Below, one piece after another: positions 51,738 through 61,810 of a stretch of 64,000 nt of DNA. Within the stretch, counting starts at the first letter, position 1. Every line of letters begins with the position of its first letter. The DNA comes from Nitrospirota bacterium (lineage in GTDB: Bacteria > Nitrospirota > UBA9217). The DNA lies in contig CAWBNQ010000001.1 of assembly GCA_963790205.1 (NCBI GenBank), positions 320,001-384,000 of the forward strand. The letters run 5' to 3'. The notes under the pieces are model-generated. The model saw only the letters and a program-made list of their open reading frames with translations, ran no database searches and was not told the origin of the DNA. Made by a program: the position numbers and the translations under genes.

Positions 51738-52769
51738 ATGAAAGCGCTCTACTACGATGAACAAAAAGGGTACAAGGCGATCAAGATCGGGGATTTTCCA
51801 ATCCCGGAGATGAGCGAGGACGAGGTCTTGGTCAGGGTAAAAGCCTTCTCGCTCAACCACCTCGATGCCTGGGTCATGGGCGGGAACTACCCGGTCAAGG
51901 TCCTTCTGCCCCACATCTTCGGCTCCGATGCATCCGGCATTGTCGAAAAGGCCGGCAAGGCCGTTCACCATATCAAAGCGGGAGATGAGGTGATCGTCTT
52001 TCCCGGGCTTTCCTGCGGGCATTGCGAGAAATGTCTCAGCGGACTCGATAACGAGTGCAACAGCTTCTCGATCTTAGGCGTGCTGACGAACGGCGCGTCG
52101 GCGGAATACGTGAAAGCTCCCGCTGAGAATATCTTCAAGAAGCCCGACGGCCTCTCCTTCGAGGAGGCGGCGGGCATCGGCATTACCTATGCCACGTCAT
52201 GGAATTCGCTCGTTCTACGTGCCGGCATCAGGCAGGGCGATACGGTATTGATACACGCGGCAGGAAGCGGCGCGGGAACAGCGCTTATCCAAGTGGCGAA
52301 ACTGTACAATGCCACGGTCATCACCACCGTGGGCGACGACTGGAAGATCGGGAAGGCGAAGGAGCTGGGCGCGGACCATGTCGTCAACCACCGCAACGAG
52401 GATTTCGTTGAGGCGGTAAAGCGGATAACCGGGGGCGGGCTCGCGGACATCGTCGTGGACCACGTGGGGGCTGCTACCTTCAACAAGTCCCTCTCGTGCC
52501 TCACGCGCGGCGGCAAGCTCGTGACGTTCGGCAATACGAGCGGCGACGAAGTGCCGATCAGCCTTCGTTACATCTTTGGGAAGAACATTACGGTTCACGG
52601 CGTCTACGTGGGCCCGAAGGCGGCGATGGTCCGGCTTCTGAAGCTCTTTCCGCATAAGCTCAGGACCGTCGTCGATTCGGTGTTCGAGTTTGCCGACGCA
52701 AAGGAGGCCTACGAGAAACTCCTCTCCCGGCAGTTCTTCGGAAAGATCGTGGTAAAGGTTTTATCCTGA
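51738..52769 (+). CDS. Zinc-binding dehydrogenase / quinone oxidoreductase (MDR family)
   Basis: LNHLD, GSDASG, CGHCEKCLSGLDNEC, HAAGSGAG, GKIVV. Confidence 0.92.
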   Translation: MKALYYDEQKGYKAIKIGDFPIPEMSEDEVLVRVKAFSLNHLDAWVMGGNYPVKVLLPHIFGSDASGIVEKAGKAVHHIKAGDEVIVFPGLSCGHCEKCLSGLDNECNSFSILGVLTNGASAEYVKAPAENIFKKPDGLSFEEAAGIGITYATSWNSLVLRAGIRQGDTVLIHAAGSGAGTALIQVAKLYNATVITTVGDDWKIGKAKELGADHVVNHRNEDFVEAVKRITGGGLADIVVDHVGAATFNKSLSCLTRGGKLVTFGNTSGDEVPISLRYIFGKNITVHGVYVGPKAAMVRLLKLFPHKLRTVVDSVFEFADAKEAYEKLLSRQFFGKIVVKVLS

Positions 52770-52952
52770 AAAGGGCATTTAGACACGGAAGAATCGGATT
52801 TAATATTATGGTAAAAGCGGATGAAAAGAGGGTCGATATTCGTTATAGCCCTCACCCCATGGATGAACTGCTTTTCCGGAAAAATCCGATTTGATCCGAC
52901 CCTTATCCGCATTCATCCGTGGCAAATGCCGCTTCCAGGTTATCCTGTTCGT

Positions 52953-53852
52953 TCAAGACCCGGGAAAATTCCCGATCACCGTAAGCGCCTTCGGCACGAC
53001 CTCGATCTCGAAACGAGTTTCACCATTGCCATAGATCTCGCCGTCGACATGGACCGGCACCGGGCCGGTGGCTTCTACCTTCAACGTTGTTGTTCTTAAA
53101 AGGGCCGCGTAATTTTTTGCCCGCTCGATCGTTCCCCGGAAGACCTTGGGCAGGTGCCAGAGCAGGACGGGAATGCGCAGGGGCTTTACGATCGTGACAT
53201 CCAGAAGCGCATCATTGATCTTCGCATGCGGCGTCAGCTTGAATCCCCCGCCCACGGTCGTGCCGTTCCCCACGGTGAGAAGAAAAATGTCCTGGTTGAA
53301 CACCGTGTTGTTTATCGTTATTTTCAGCGGTACCGCATCATATTTCCCCAGGGTTTTGAGCAAAGCGCACAGGTATAGAAAGAGCCCCCGTTTGGAATGG
53401 TTGATCGTATAGCTCGCACGGTTCACGGCCGCATCGAAGCCGATCCCCACGCCGTTCGCAAAATACGTCCCGTTGACTTTTCCCACATCGATCAATCCGG
53501 CATCACCCTTGAGCAGTATGTCGACGGCCTTGCTGACATTGGTGGGGATGCCAACGGATTTGATAAAATCATTACCCGAGCCTGCCGGGATGATGCCGAG
53601 GGGCCTGTTCGAGAATATCATGCCCGGTATGATCTCATTGATGGTGCCGTCGCCTCCGATGGCCACGATGACGTCGAACTCTTCGAGCGCCTTTCGTGCG
53701 ATGTTCGCCGCGTCCCGCGGACCTTTCGTAAGTTCAAGGTCGAAGGTCGCGCCCCGGCCCTTGAGCAGTTCCAGTACCCGCACGATCATTTCTTTTGATC
53801 TTCCCCGTCCGGCAGCAGGGTTGGCGATCAATTTGTATTTTTTTGTCATCAT
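52953..53852 (-). CDS. YegS/DagK-family lipid kinase
   Basis: NPAAG, GGDGTINE, PAGSGNDF, HVDGE. Confidence 0.94.
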   Translation of the reverse strand: MMTKKYKLIANPAAGRGRSKEMIVRVLELLKGRGATFDLELTKGPRDAANIARKALEEFDVIVAIGGDGTINEIIPGMIFSNRPLGIIPAGSGNDFIKSVGIPTNVSKAVDILLKGDAGLIDVGKVNGTYFANGVGIGFDAAVNRASYTINHSKRGLFLYLCALLKTLGKYDAVPLKITINNTVFNQDIFLLTVGNGTTVGGGFKLTPHAKINDALLDVTIVKPLRIPVLLWHLPKVFRGTIERAKNYAALLRTTTLKVEATGPVPVHVDGEIYGNGETRFEIEVVPKALTVIGNFPGS

Positions 53853-54007
53853 AAAAGGAAAGAATGCACGTTCATTATAGATAAGGAGACGTCCATTAGT
53901 CAATCGATACCGCGCGAAAGCATTAAAATCTTGAAATCCTCCAGGCTTTGTGAAATAATGCAACCAGGCGGCGAGATGCGGTTTTCGACGCGGCGCAGGG
54001 AGGACGC

Positions 54008-54466
54008 ATGTTCCTGACCATCCTTCTCATCATCCACGTCATTTGCGTCATCATCTGGATCGGCGGGGTCGCTTTTGTGACCATGGTGATCTTCCCGATG
54101 ATGTATCGCACCGGGGGCTCGCTCGAAAAGGCGCTCCTGTTCCAGGGCGTCGAGCACCGGTTCGGGGGCATGGTAAAGTGGCTTATCGCGGTCGTCGGCG
54201 TGACGGGTTTCTGGATGCTCTCCGCGAAATACGGGTTCAACATCCTGCTTGAGCCCCATGGCTTCGGCATCATCCTCATGCTGTTCGCCTGGACCCTCTA
54301 CACAACAGTCCTCCTTTTTGAGCGGAAAATATTCGGCAGGCTCTTCGCCGACCCGGAAAAGATCGACATGAACAAGGCGCTCAGGATGATCAACGCGATG
54401 CACTGGTTCCTTCTGATTATAAGCTTTTCCGCCGTTGCGGGAGGCGTGTGGTTCGGGCACAATTGA
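54008..54466 (+). CDS. Four-TM membrane protein (CopD-like N-terminus)
   Basis: HVICVIIWIGG and four hydrophobic helices. Confidence 0.7.
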   Translation: MFLTILLIIHVICVIIWIGGVAFVTMVIFPMMYRTGGSLEKALLFQGVEHRFGGMVKWLIAVVGVTGFWMLSAKYGFNILLEPHGFGIILMLFAWTLYTTVLLFERKIFGRLFADPEKIDMNKALRMINAMHWFLLIISFSAVAGGVWFGHN

Positions 54467-54499
54467 TTGCGGATTGCGGAATGCGGAATGAAAATGACT

Positions 54500-54550
54500 T
54501 CCCCTCACCTTAATCCTCTCCCTGCCGGGGAGAGGGCAGGGGTGAGAGGC
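54500..54550. repeat. REP-like hairpin element
   Basis: CCCCTCACCTTAATCCTCTCCC-TGCCG-GGGAGAGGGCAGGGGTGAGAGG. Confidence 0.65.
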
Positions 54551-54589
54551 CTGTTCTGATGAAAATTTAAAGCACCGAGATGGTTATAA

Positions 54590-55399
54590 ATGATTTTATT
54601 TGAAGCAATTATCCTGGGCATTGTCCAGGGTATCACGGAGTTCCTGCCGATCAGCTCCTCGGCCCACTTGATCCTGATACCCTGGATGTTCGGGTGGCGG
54701 GGAACGCTGATCGACAGCCTGAACTTCGATGTGGCGCTTCATGCAGGGACCCTTGTGGCAATCCTGGCGTTCTTCTGGCGCGACTGGCTTGACCTGCTCA
54801 GAAAATTCTTTGCAGGAATGAATGACGGGACCTGGAAAACGGGGGAGGGAAGGCTGGTATGGTTCATTGTCCTGTCCACGATCCCCGCCGGCGTTCTCGG
54901 CGTGAAATACGAGCACGTGGTCGAGGAGAGCTTCCGGAACCCGCTTTTGATCGCTGCGTCGCTTATCGTTATCAGCATCGTGATGTGGGCCGCGGACCGG
55001 TTCAGTGCAAAGACCGCAGGCATGGACCGTATGACGCTCGGCAATGCGGTGTTCATCGGCTGCGCCCAGGCCACGGCCCTTGTCCCGGGGGTCTCCCGCT
55101 CGGGAAGCACCATCATTGCCGGGCTTTTTGCCGGATACACGCGTGAGAGCGCTGCCCGGTTTTCCTTTCTGCTTTCCACGCCGGTCCTTGCCGGGGCCGC
55201 AGTGCTGAAGCTGCATAAGCTCCATCTCGCGCCGGGAGAGGCGCTCCCCTTCGCAGTGGGGACGGTCTGTTCCGCAGTGGTTGGATATTTGAGCATAAAA
55301 TTTTTTCTTCAATATCTGAACCGGCATTCGCTGAACCTCTTTGTGTGGTACCGGCTTGCGCTGGCCGCGGCGGTTTTGGTGCTGTGGGCGGTGAGGTGA
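54590..55399 (+). CDS. uppP: Undecaprenyl-diphosphate phosphatase
   Basis: GIVQGITEFLPISSSAHL, PGVSRSGSTI, ARFSFLL. Confidence 0.96.
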   Translation: MILFEAIILGIVQGITEFLPISSSAHLILIPWMFGWRGTLIDSLNFDVALHAGTLVAILAFFWRDWLDLLRKFFAGMNDGTWKTGEGRLVWFIVLSTIPAGVLGVKYEHVVEESFRNPLLIAASLIVISIVMWAADRFSAKTAGMDRMTLGNAVFIGCAQATALVPGVSRSGSTIIAGLFAGYTRESAARFSFLLSTPVLAGAAVLKLHKLHLAPGEALPFAVGTVCSAVVGYLSIKFFLQYLNRHSLNLFVWYRLALAAAVLVLWAVR

Positions 55400-55606
55400 T
55401 GGGGACTTGCGTTCAAACAGTTTAAACCGTTCAACCGGTTCAAACAGATAACAAAGAGAACACCTTATAGATAACATCTCTTGCCACAGAGACTCAGAGA
55501 GCGCGAAGCAATGCCAGCAATTCAGCTATTTGCTCTTGTGAGTAAGTTCCGCTTAAACAGCTTAAACCGCTTGAGCAGTTTGAACGGTTAACTAAAAAAG
55601 GAGTCT

Positions 55607-57799
55607 ATGGCGGTTTCCGCGGAAAAACATAAGCAGTGGAACGAGGTGGTCGGGCTGCTCCTCTTTGCAGTGGGGCTCCTGATCATGCTCAGCCTAATCT
55701 CGTACAGCGCGTCCGACCCCTGCTTCAGCGTTTCCAGCGCGGGCGCTGAAACGCACAATTACATCGGGCTCATCGGCGCTTATCTTTCCGACGTGCTCCT
55801 GTATCTCTTCGGCCTGTCCTCCTACTTCATTCCGCTCTTTCTCTTCGGCTATGCCGTGTTCCTCGCGATAGGGGGCAAAGCCGTGCACCCGCGCCTCAAA
55901 AAGATCGGCGGCCTCGTTCTCTTTTTTTCCGCAGCGGCCTTCTTCGGGTTTCAGGGAAAAACCGTCCGTCTTTTCGAGGAAGAGGTCCCTTCCGGAGGCC
56001 TGCTCGGCAGCTTTCTTGCCTCTCTCCTCTCAACAGGATTTTCCGCCGCCGGCGCGTACATCATCACGATCACTGCCATCGTTATTGCTCTCATGCTGCT
56101 CACGCCGTTCTCGCCGCTCAAGGCCCTGGCCTGGCTCCGCAAGCTCACCGGCCGCGCGCTGGAACAACTGGACCTCATCATCACGCTCTACCGGGCCCGC
56201 AGGGAAAAAGCGCGCGAGGCCAGGCAGCGGCCGGTGCTTCCGAAGGAGCCGCCGAAGATCGTCGAGACGCAGAAGCAGCCGACGGCGCGGGAACCCCGGC
56301 CGGAAAGACCGCCCAAGCCGGTCCAGGCGACCTTCGAGTTCATGGCAGGCGCGGACGGCAAGGGGGCATATCAGCTCCCGTCACCGGACCTGCTCGATCC
56401 GCTGCCGCCGGTCACGAAGAAGGCCTCGAAAGAAGACATGCTCGCCCAGTCCGAACTTCTGGCCAGAAAGCTCATGGACTTCGACATCCAGGGCCGCGTG
56501 ACGCAGGTCTATCCCGGCCCCGTGGTCACCATGTTCGAGTTCGAGCCCGCCCCGGGCGTCAAGGTGAGCAGGATCGTGAACCTCAGCGACGACCTGGCGC
56601 TTTCCATGAAGGCCGCGTCCGTGCGCATCGTGGCGCCGCTTCCGGGCAAGGCCGCGGTAGGCATCGAGGTCCCGAACAACACGAGAGAGACGGTCTATTT
56701 CCGCCAGATCCTCGAGTCCCCGGAGTATTTGTCCCACAAGTCCAAACTGAAGGTCCCGCTCGGCAAGGACATCTTCGGCGTGTCGGTGGTATCCAGCCTC
56801 GACAAAATGCCGCACCTGCTCGTGGCGGGCGCCACGGGGTCGGGCAAGAGCGTGGCCATCAACTCCATCATCCTGGCGCTCCTGTATAACGCGCGTCCGA
56901 ACGAGGTGAAGCTCGTGATGGTGGACCCCAAGATGCTCGAGCTTTCCCTGTATAACGACATCCCGCACCTCCTGACGCCGGTGGTGACCCAGCCGAAGAA
57001 GGCGGCGGAAACGCTCCGGGCGCTGGTCGCCGAGATGGAGCGCCGCTACCGCCAGCTTGCGGCCAAGGGCTCGAAGAACATCGAATCCTACAACAAGGCC
57101 GTGTCCGAGGAGGAACGCCTTCCTTTCATCGTGGTCATCATCGACGAGCTCGCGGACCTCATGATGACCGTGCAGCGCGAGGTCGAGGACTCGATCATGC
57201 GCCTGGCGCAGATGGCGCGCGCCGCGGGCATCCACCTGATCGTCGCCACCCAGCGGCCGAGCGTGGACGTGATCACCGGCCTCATCAAGGCCAACCTCCC
57301 GGCCCGCATCTCCTTCCAGGTCTCGTCCAAGACCGACTCCCGCACGATCCTCGACGCGAACGGCGCAGAGAACCTCCTGGGCATGGGCGACATGCTCTTT
57401 CTTCCTCCCGCTTCCGCGCACCTGGTCCGGGTCCACGGCTGCTTCGTGTCCGAGGCCGAGATCAAGCGCGTGGTCGAATTCGTCAAGAAGCAGGCCAGGC
57501 CGAACTACGAGCTCCTCCAGCAGCGCGTGAAGGAAGTTGCCGAGGCCGAAGTCGCGGAAGTCGAAGAGGGCGAACGGGACGAGTTCTACGATCGCGCTGT
57601 CGAGCTGGTGCAGCTGAACGGCCAGGCCTCGACCTCGTTCCTCCAGCGGCGCTTGCGCGTGGGCTACAACCGCGCGGCCCGCATGATCGAGATGATGGCC
57701 GAAGACGGCATCGTCGGCCCCGCCGACGGCGCCAAGCCCCGCGAGGTCCTGGTCCGGAAGAACATGGACGGGACCGAAAGAAACCTCGACGATATCTGA
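55607..57799 (+). CDS. ftsK: DNA translocase FtsK
   Basis: N-terminal TMs, PHLLVAGATGSGKS, IDELADLM, ATQRPS, gamma domain LQRRLRVGYNRAAR. Confidence 0.97.
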   Translation: MAVSAEKHKQWNEVVGLLLFAVGLLIMLSLISYSASDPCFSVSSAGAETHNYIGLIGAYLSDVLLYLFGLSSYFIPLFLFGYAVFLAIGGKAVHPRLKKIGGLVLFFSAAAFFGFQGKTVRLFEEEVPSGGLLGSFLASLLSTGFSAAGAYIITITAIVIALMLLTPFSPLKALAWLRKLTGRALEQLDLIITLYRARREKAREARQRPVLPKEPPKIVETQKQPTAREPRPERPPKPVQATFEFMAGADGKGAYQLPSPDLLDPLPPVTKKASKEDMLAQSELLARKLMDFDIQGRVTQVYPGPVVTMFEFEPAPGVKVSRIVNLSDDLALSMKAASVRIVAPLPGKAAVGIEVPNNTRETVYFRQILESPEYLSHKSKLKVPLGKDIFGVSVVSSLDKMPHLLVAGATGSGKSVAINSIILALLYNARPNEVKLVMVDPKMLELSLYNDIPHLLTPVVTQPKKAAETLRALVAEMERRYRQLAAKGSKNIESYNKAVSEEERLPFIVVIIDELADLMMTVQREVEDSIMRLAQMARAAGIHLIVATQRPSVDVITGLIKANLPARISFQVSSKTDSRTILDANGAENLLGMGDMLFLPPASAHLVRVHGCFVSEAEIKRVVEFVKKQARPNYELLQQRVKEVAEAEVAEVEEGERDEFYDRAVELVQLNGQASTSFLQRRLRVGYNRAARMIEMMAEDGIVGPADGAKPREVLVRKNMDGTERNLDDI

Positions 57800-58084
57800 G
57801 GCTGTTTCGTTAATCTGCCCGCTTTTTCTTAATAGCGCTTTATTACTGACAACGATCTTGTGCCCGTACGCCTCTGGTTCACGGACAACGCGTCGCGGGA
57901 AAAGACCAAAGCTGCCAGCGGAAGGTGGAGCCCTGAGAAGCGCCGCTGGTTTGTAAAATTCGGTAAAATCGCGGGCACGCCGCTGGAAAAGCATATGCAT
58001 ATAGATGGTTCATAGAAGTTTGTTAAACATCAATCTGAAAGCCCTTGAAAAGGGTACGCCTGAAAAAAAAGCATAGCAGAATCG

Positions 58085-58142
58085 AAATAACGAGCGCGTC
58101 GAGTGAGTCGCAAAAAGCACGCTCCTCACGCGCGCGTTAGGC
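58085..58142 (+). other. attC-like recombination site
   Basis: AAATAAC-GAGCGCGTCGAGTGAG...CTCCTCACGCGCGC-GTTAGGC, 58 bp, canonical GTTAGGC core. Confidence 0.8.
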
Positions 58143-58425
58143 AGTTTGAAGCTTGAGCATAGCGTAGGGGCTTCCCTTCAGTTTCGCCTTAAGCAGGACG
58201 GCGAGATCCTAGAGTCTCGGCGGCGCGTTGATTTGAATTACAAACTAAACCATGAATCTTATGCTCGAAGGAAACAATAAATGACCGATTGGAGCACAGC
58301 AATCTGCGAAACAAACGAAATTAAAATGCACTACACGAGAACTGGAGGAAGCAAGCCCCCTTTAATTTTGCTACACGGATTAACTGCTAATGGAGTCTGC
58401 TGGACTGCTTTGGCACATGCTCTAG

Positions 58426-59758
58426 CAGGCCGCTGAAAAAGTGGCCTTCAGTTTAAAAAATTCTATTCGGAGCTTGATTTTTATCCTACTGCAAAGCCTA
58501 TGACACACTTTGTAGCTCATTCAAGATCGCCTTTCGGCACCCATTATCGGGATTCTACTGCGCTTTTGCTATGTAGCAGCCGCAGTTCGCCGTTGGATAT
58601 TTACTATTCGCAGCAGGTTGTATGCAGCTCCGACGAACAAGGCTTGAAGGTGGGTTCGATCTCTTCCCTTGTACCGTGTCCGCCTGAAACCGCCGATGCT
58701 CTTGAGCCATCCGAAGATCTCTTCCACCCGTTTTCGGATTCGCTGGCTGATGTTGTATCCTTCGTGCCGCGTGGTGCGTCCATCTATGGCAGAGCCGCCT
58801 CTTCTTTCGGTGTTGGCCGCAACATGCGGCGTGATCTCTCTGCCCCGCATGGCCTCAACAAAGCCCTGGGTATCGTAGCCCTTATCGGCACCGATGGTCT
58901 TGGGTTTAACGCGTTTCCGCGCCTGACGGGTAAGCATATCCTTGGCCGCCTCCCGTTCCGCATCACCCGTTGCCGGGGTAACGGTGATGTCGACCAGCAG
59001 GCCGTTTCGGTTCTCCATCAAGGCATGGGCGCCGAAAGAAAGCTTAGCCTCCTTGCCCGCGCTCTTCTTCATCAAACGAGACTCGGGATCAGTGGTAGAA
59101 GCATGAGTCTTGTTCGACCGTTTCTCACCCCGAAAGTTCACCGTGGGATTTCCCGGATCATCGTCCGTCGTCGGGCGGTCCGAAGGGTCCTCGTCCTTGG
59201 GACGGAAGCTCTTCAGACTGGCGCAGGCCTCAATAAGGCTGCCGTCCACCGTAAAATGATCATCCGAGAGCAGCCCGCCTTTCCGGGCGATGTTAACCAC
59301 ACGATCAAAAAACTTCACGGCCACCCGATGTTCCAGAAGCCGATCCCGGTTCTTCGTGAACGTCGTGGGATCGAAGGACGACTCTTCCAGGTCCATATCC
59401 AAAAACCAGCGGAAGAGAATGTTATAATCCACCATTTCGCAGAACTGGGTTTCGGAACGCACCGAGTACAGGGCGATCAAGAGCTGGGATTTCAGCAGCC
59501 TCTCCGGCGGGATCGACGGCCGCCCCATGTTGCTGTACATGGAGTCGAAGACCGGCGAAAGCTCTGCAAGAACCGTATCCGCATGGGCTTTGATCGCCCG
59601 CAGAGGATGCTGGGCCGGGACACGCTGTTCAGGAGAAAAGTAACTGAACATCCCGCTCTGAATCTCGTTTTCACCGCGCATGTGGCCTCCTTGTCAACTG
59701 CCGTTGCGCCACTATACGCATTTACATCACGTTTGAAAAGGACTTTTTCAGCAAACTG
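58426..59758 (-). mobile_element. IS5-family element, 1333 bp
   Basis: Inverted repeats CAGGCCGCTGAAAAAGT / ACTTTTTCAGCAAACTG (14 of 17); CTAG duplication at 58422-58425 and 59759-59762. Confidence 0.93.
58569..59681 (-). CDS. IS5-family DDE transposase
   Basis: HPLRAIK, GRPSIPPERLLK, VDGSLIEA, GADKGYD, RKRVEEIFGW. Confidence 0.94.
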   Translation of the reverse strand: MRGENEIQSGMFSYFSPEQRVPAQHPLRAIKAHADTVLAELSPVFDSMYSNMGRPSIPPERLLKSQLLIALYSVRSETQFCEMVDYNILFRWFLDMDLEESSFDPTTFTKNRDRLLEHRVAVKFFDRVVNIARKGGLLSDDHFTVDGSLIEACASLKSFRPKDEDPSDRPTTDDDPGNPTVNFRGEKRSNKTHASTTDPESRLMKKSAGKEAKLSFGAHALMENRNGLLVDITVTPATGDAEREAAKDMLTRQARKRVKPKTIGADKGYDTQGFVEAMRGREITPHVAANTERRGGSAIDGRTTRHEGYNISQRIRKRVEEIFGWLKSIGGFRRTRYKGRDRTHLQALFVGAAYNLLRIVNIQRRTAAAT

Positions 59759-60440
59759 CTAGAGGGAGAATATGACGTAATCATGCCCGATGCTAGGGGT
59801 CATGGAAAGTCGAGCGTGCCTGACTATGGATACCGATACGAAGACCATGCAAACGATGTCGTCGGTCTTATTAAGGCTCTCGGATTTCTTCCTCCGATTC
59901 TGATCGGACACTCCATGGGAGGTATGACTGCAGCCGTGGTGGCAAGTCGTAACCCAAAGCTACTCCGTGGCCTAATCTTGGCTGATCCAACGTTCTTGAG
60001 TCCAAAAGTTCAGCGCGAAGTTTGCGATAGCGATGTGCCCGATCAGCATCGGCGAATTCTCAATACATCATTGGATGAAGTGGTGGCAGAAGCCCGAATT
60101 AGACACCCTGATCGGTCATCGGATACCATCGAGCTAATCGCCCGGGCACGACTTCAAACTAGTATGGCGGCTTTCGACGTTCTCAGGCTACCAAACCCTG
60201 ATTATAAGCAATTGGTGAGTGCGGTTGATGTTCCAAGCCTGCTCGTATTTGGTGATAAAGGTGTGGTTTCGTCTGTTGTTGCCGAAGAGCTGCAACGTCT
60301 TAATCCGAGATTTCAGGTTGACCAGATCCCGGAAGTTGGCCACGGACTCCACTATGACCGGCCCGAGCACTTTGCGGCTGTCGTCAAATCCTTCTTATGT
60401 TCAATTGGTACAGTAACTGAGCCACGCGGAACTTTGTAAC

Positions 60441-61380
60441 CTATAGGGTCACGTCTTGTAACTTGACAATTGCGTTGTGCTGTGATATCGTCGCGACATT
60501 ATGGCCCGTCCCCTTCGCATAGAGTATCCCGGTGCTGTTTACCACGTCACCTCCCGCGGGAACGAAAAGAAGCCTGTCTTCAAGGACGAGCAGGACCGTC
60601 TGAACTTCCTCAATACTCTCCAGCATGCCGGCAAACGCTACAACTGGATCTGCCACGCTTATTGTCTCATGACCAACCATTACCACCTTCTCATCGAGAC
60701 CCCGGACGGCAATCTATCCATCGGCATGAGACAACTGAACGGCGTCTACACGCAGCTCTTTAACAATTGGCATGGCAGGACCGGTCACCTGTTCCAGGGA
60801 CGATACAAAGCCATTCTCATCCAGAAGGACAGCCATCTCCTTGAGGTTTGCCGGTATGTGGTCCTGAATCCTGTGCGGGCCAAGATGGCTGAGACGCCGG
60901 AGGAGTATCGCTGGTCCAGCTACCCGGCTACGGCGGGCAGAGCAAAGCCCCATCCGTGCCTCACCACAGACTGGGTATTGGGCCAATTCAGCGGGAAGCG
61001 GGGCAAGGCGGAGCAAGATACCGGCAGTTCGTCAAATGGGGGATCGGCAAACAATCCGTCTGGACCGACGTGCGGGGCCAGACGCTACTCGGTGAAGAAG
61101 ATTTTGCAGACCGCTTTATAGATCATCTCAGGAAGCATAAAGAGGTGCCCGAGATCACCCGGAGTCAAAAATACCTGAAGAGGCCGGCCCTGGAAAAGCT
61201 GTTTTCGGAAGACATTTTACGGAATAAGCGCAAGCGGAACCGGCGCATAGCCGATGCGGTAGAACGCCATGGGTATCTTCAGAGAGAGCTCGCGGATCAT
61301 CTGAGATTGAACTATGCAACCGTCAGCAGGTTGGTGAGCGCTCAAGAGCAAATATCAAATAACAAGACGTGACCCTATAG
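60441..61380 (+). mobile_element. RAYT/Y1-transposase element bounded by perfect 19-bp inverted repeats
   Basis: CTATAGGGTCACGTCTTGT (60441-60459) / ACAAGACGTGACCCTATAG (61362-61380). Confidence 0.85.
60501..61372 (+). CDS. REP-associated-type tyrosine (Y1 HUH) transposase with C-terminal HTH, 1-nt frameshift near 61018
   Basis: MARPLRIEYPGAVYHVTSRGN, LMTNHYHLL, GHLFQGRY, YVVLNPVRA, YRWSSY; tail QRELADHLRLNYATVSRL in shifted frame. Confidence 0.9.
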
Positions 61381-61425
61381 ATTTGCTATAGATTTGCTAT
61401 AGATTCTATAGATTCCTATAGATTC
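61375..61425 (+). repeat. Five tandem CTATAGATT units with 0-2 nt linkers
   Basis: Units start at 61375, 61386, 61397, 61406, 61416; two more at 61811 and 61829. Confidence 0.92.
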
Positions 61426-61810
61426 TTTACCGCCATGACACACCGACGGATGACGCCGAAACCGCTCAGCGGGATAATAGAAGAAGTCAACACCGCCCTC
61501 CGCGGCTGGGTTGGCTATTTTCATTACCGCAACAGCAGCAAGGCACTTCAGCACCTCAAGTTCCATGTTGAAGCGCGAGTGCGCACGCATCTGCGGAAGC
61601 GGCATAAGATCAAAAGTAGGGCCACGGGGTTTACCAGGTTCACGAACAGGTCTTTGTACGAGAAGTATGGGCTCTATAAAGTGCCGACAACAGCGGGCTG
61701 GACGAAAGCGCATGCCTTGCGATGAAGAACATCGGAAAGCCGTGTGCGGGAAAACCGCATGCACGGTTTGATGAGGGAGGGCTGGTCAATATGACCGTTC
61801 TCTACTCTAC
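61426..61810 (+). mobile_element. 3' fragment of a group II intron (maturase tail, domains V and VI)
   Basis: ORF with VNTALRGWVGYF ending 61725; DV GAAAGCCGTGTGCGGGAAAACCGCATGCACGGTTTGATGAG; ends CTCTACTCTAC. Confidence 0.9.

Larger units (their letters stand above)
58281..60439 (+). pseudogene. Alpha/beta hydrolase cassette interrupted by IS5
   Basis: MTDWST...LLHGLTANG...AHAL | EGEYDVIMPDARGHG...GHSMGG; frame restored by removing the IS and one CTAG. Confidence 0.92.

Noticed and set aside
51609..52022. N-terminal extension of the 622-aa transposase ORF
   Set aside because: Runs past the IS inverted repeat and is antisense to the dehydrogenase gene
61435..61725. Retron or diversity-generating retroelement RT
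   Set aside because: Only a maturase tail followed by group II intron DV/DVI; no RT motifs and no template/variable repeat pair
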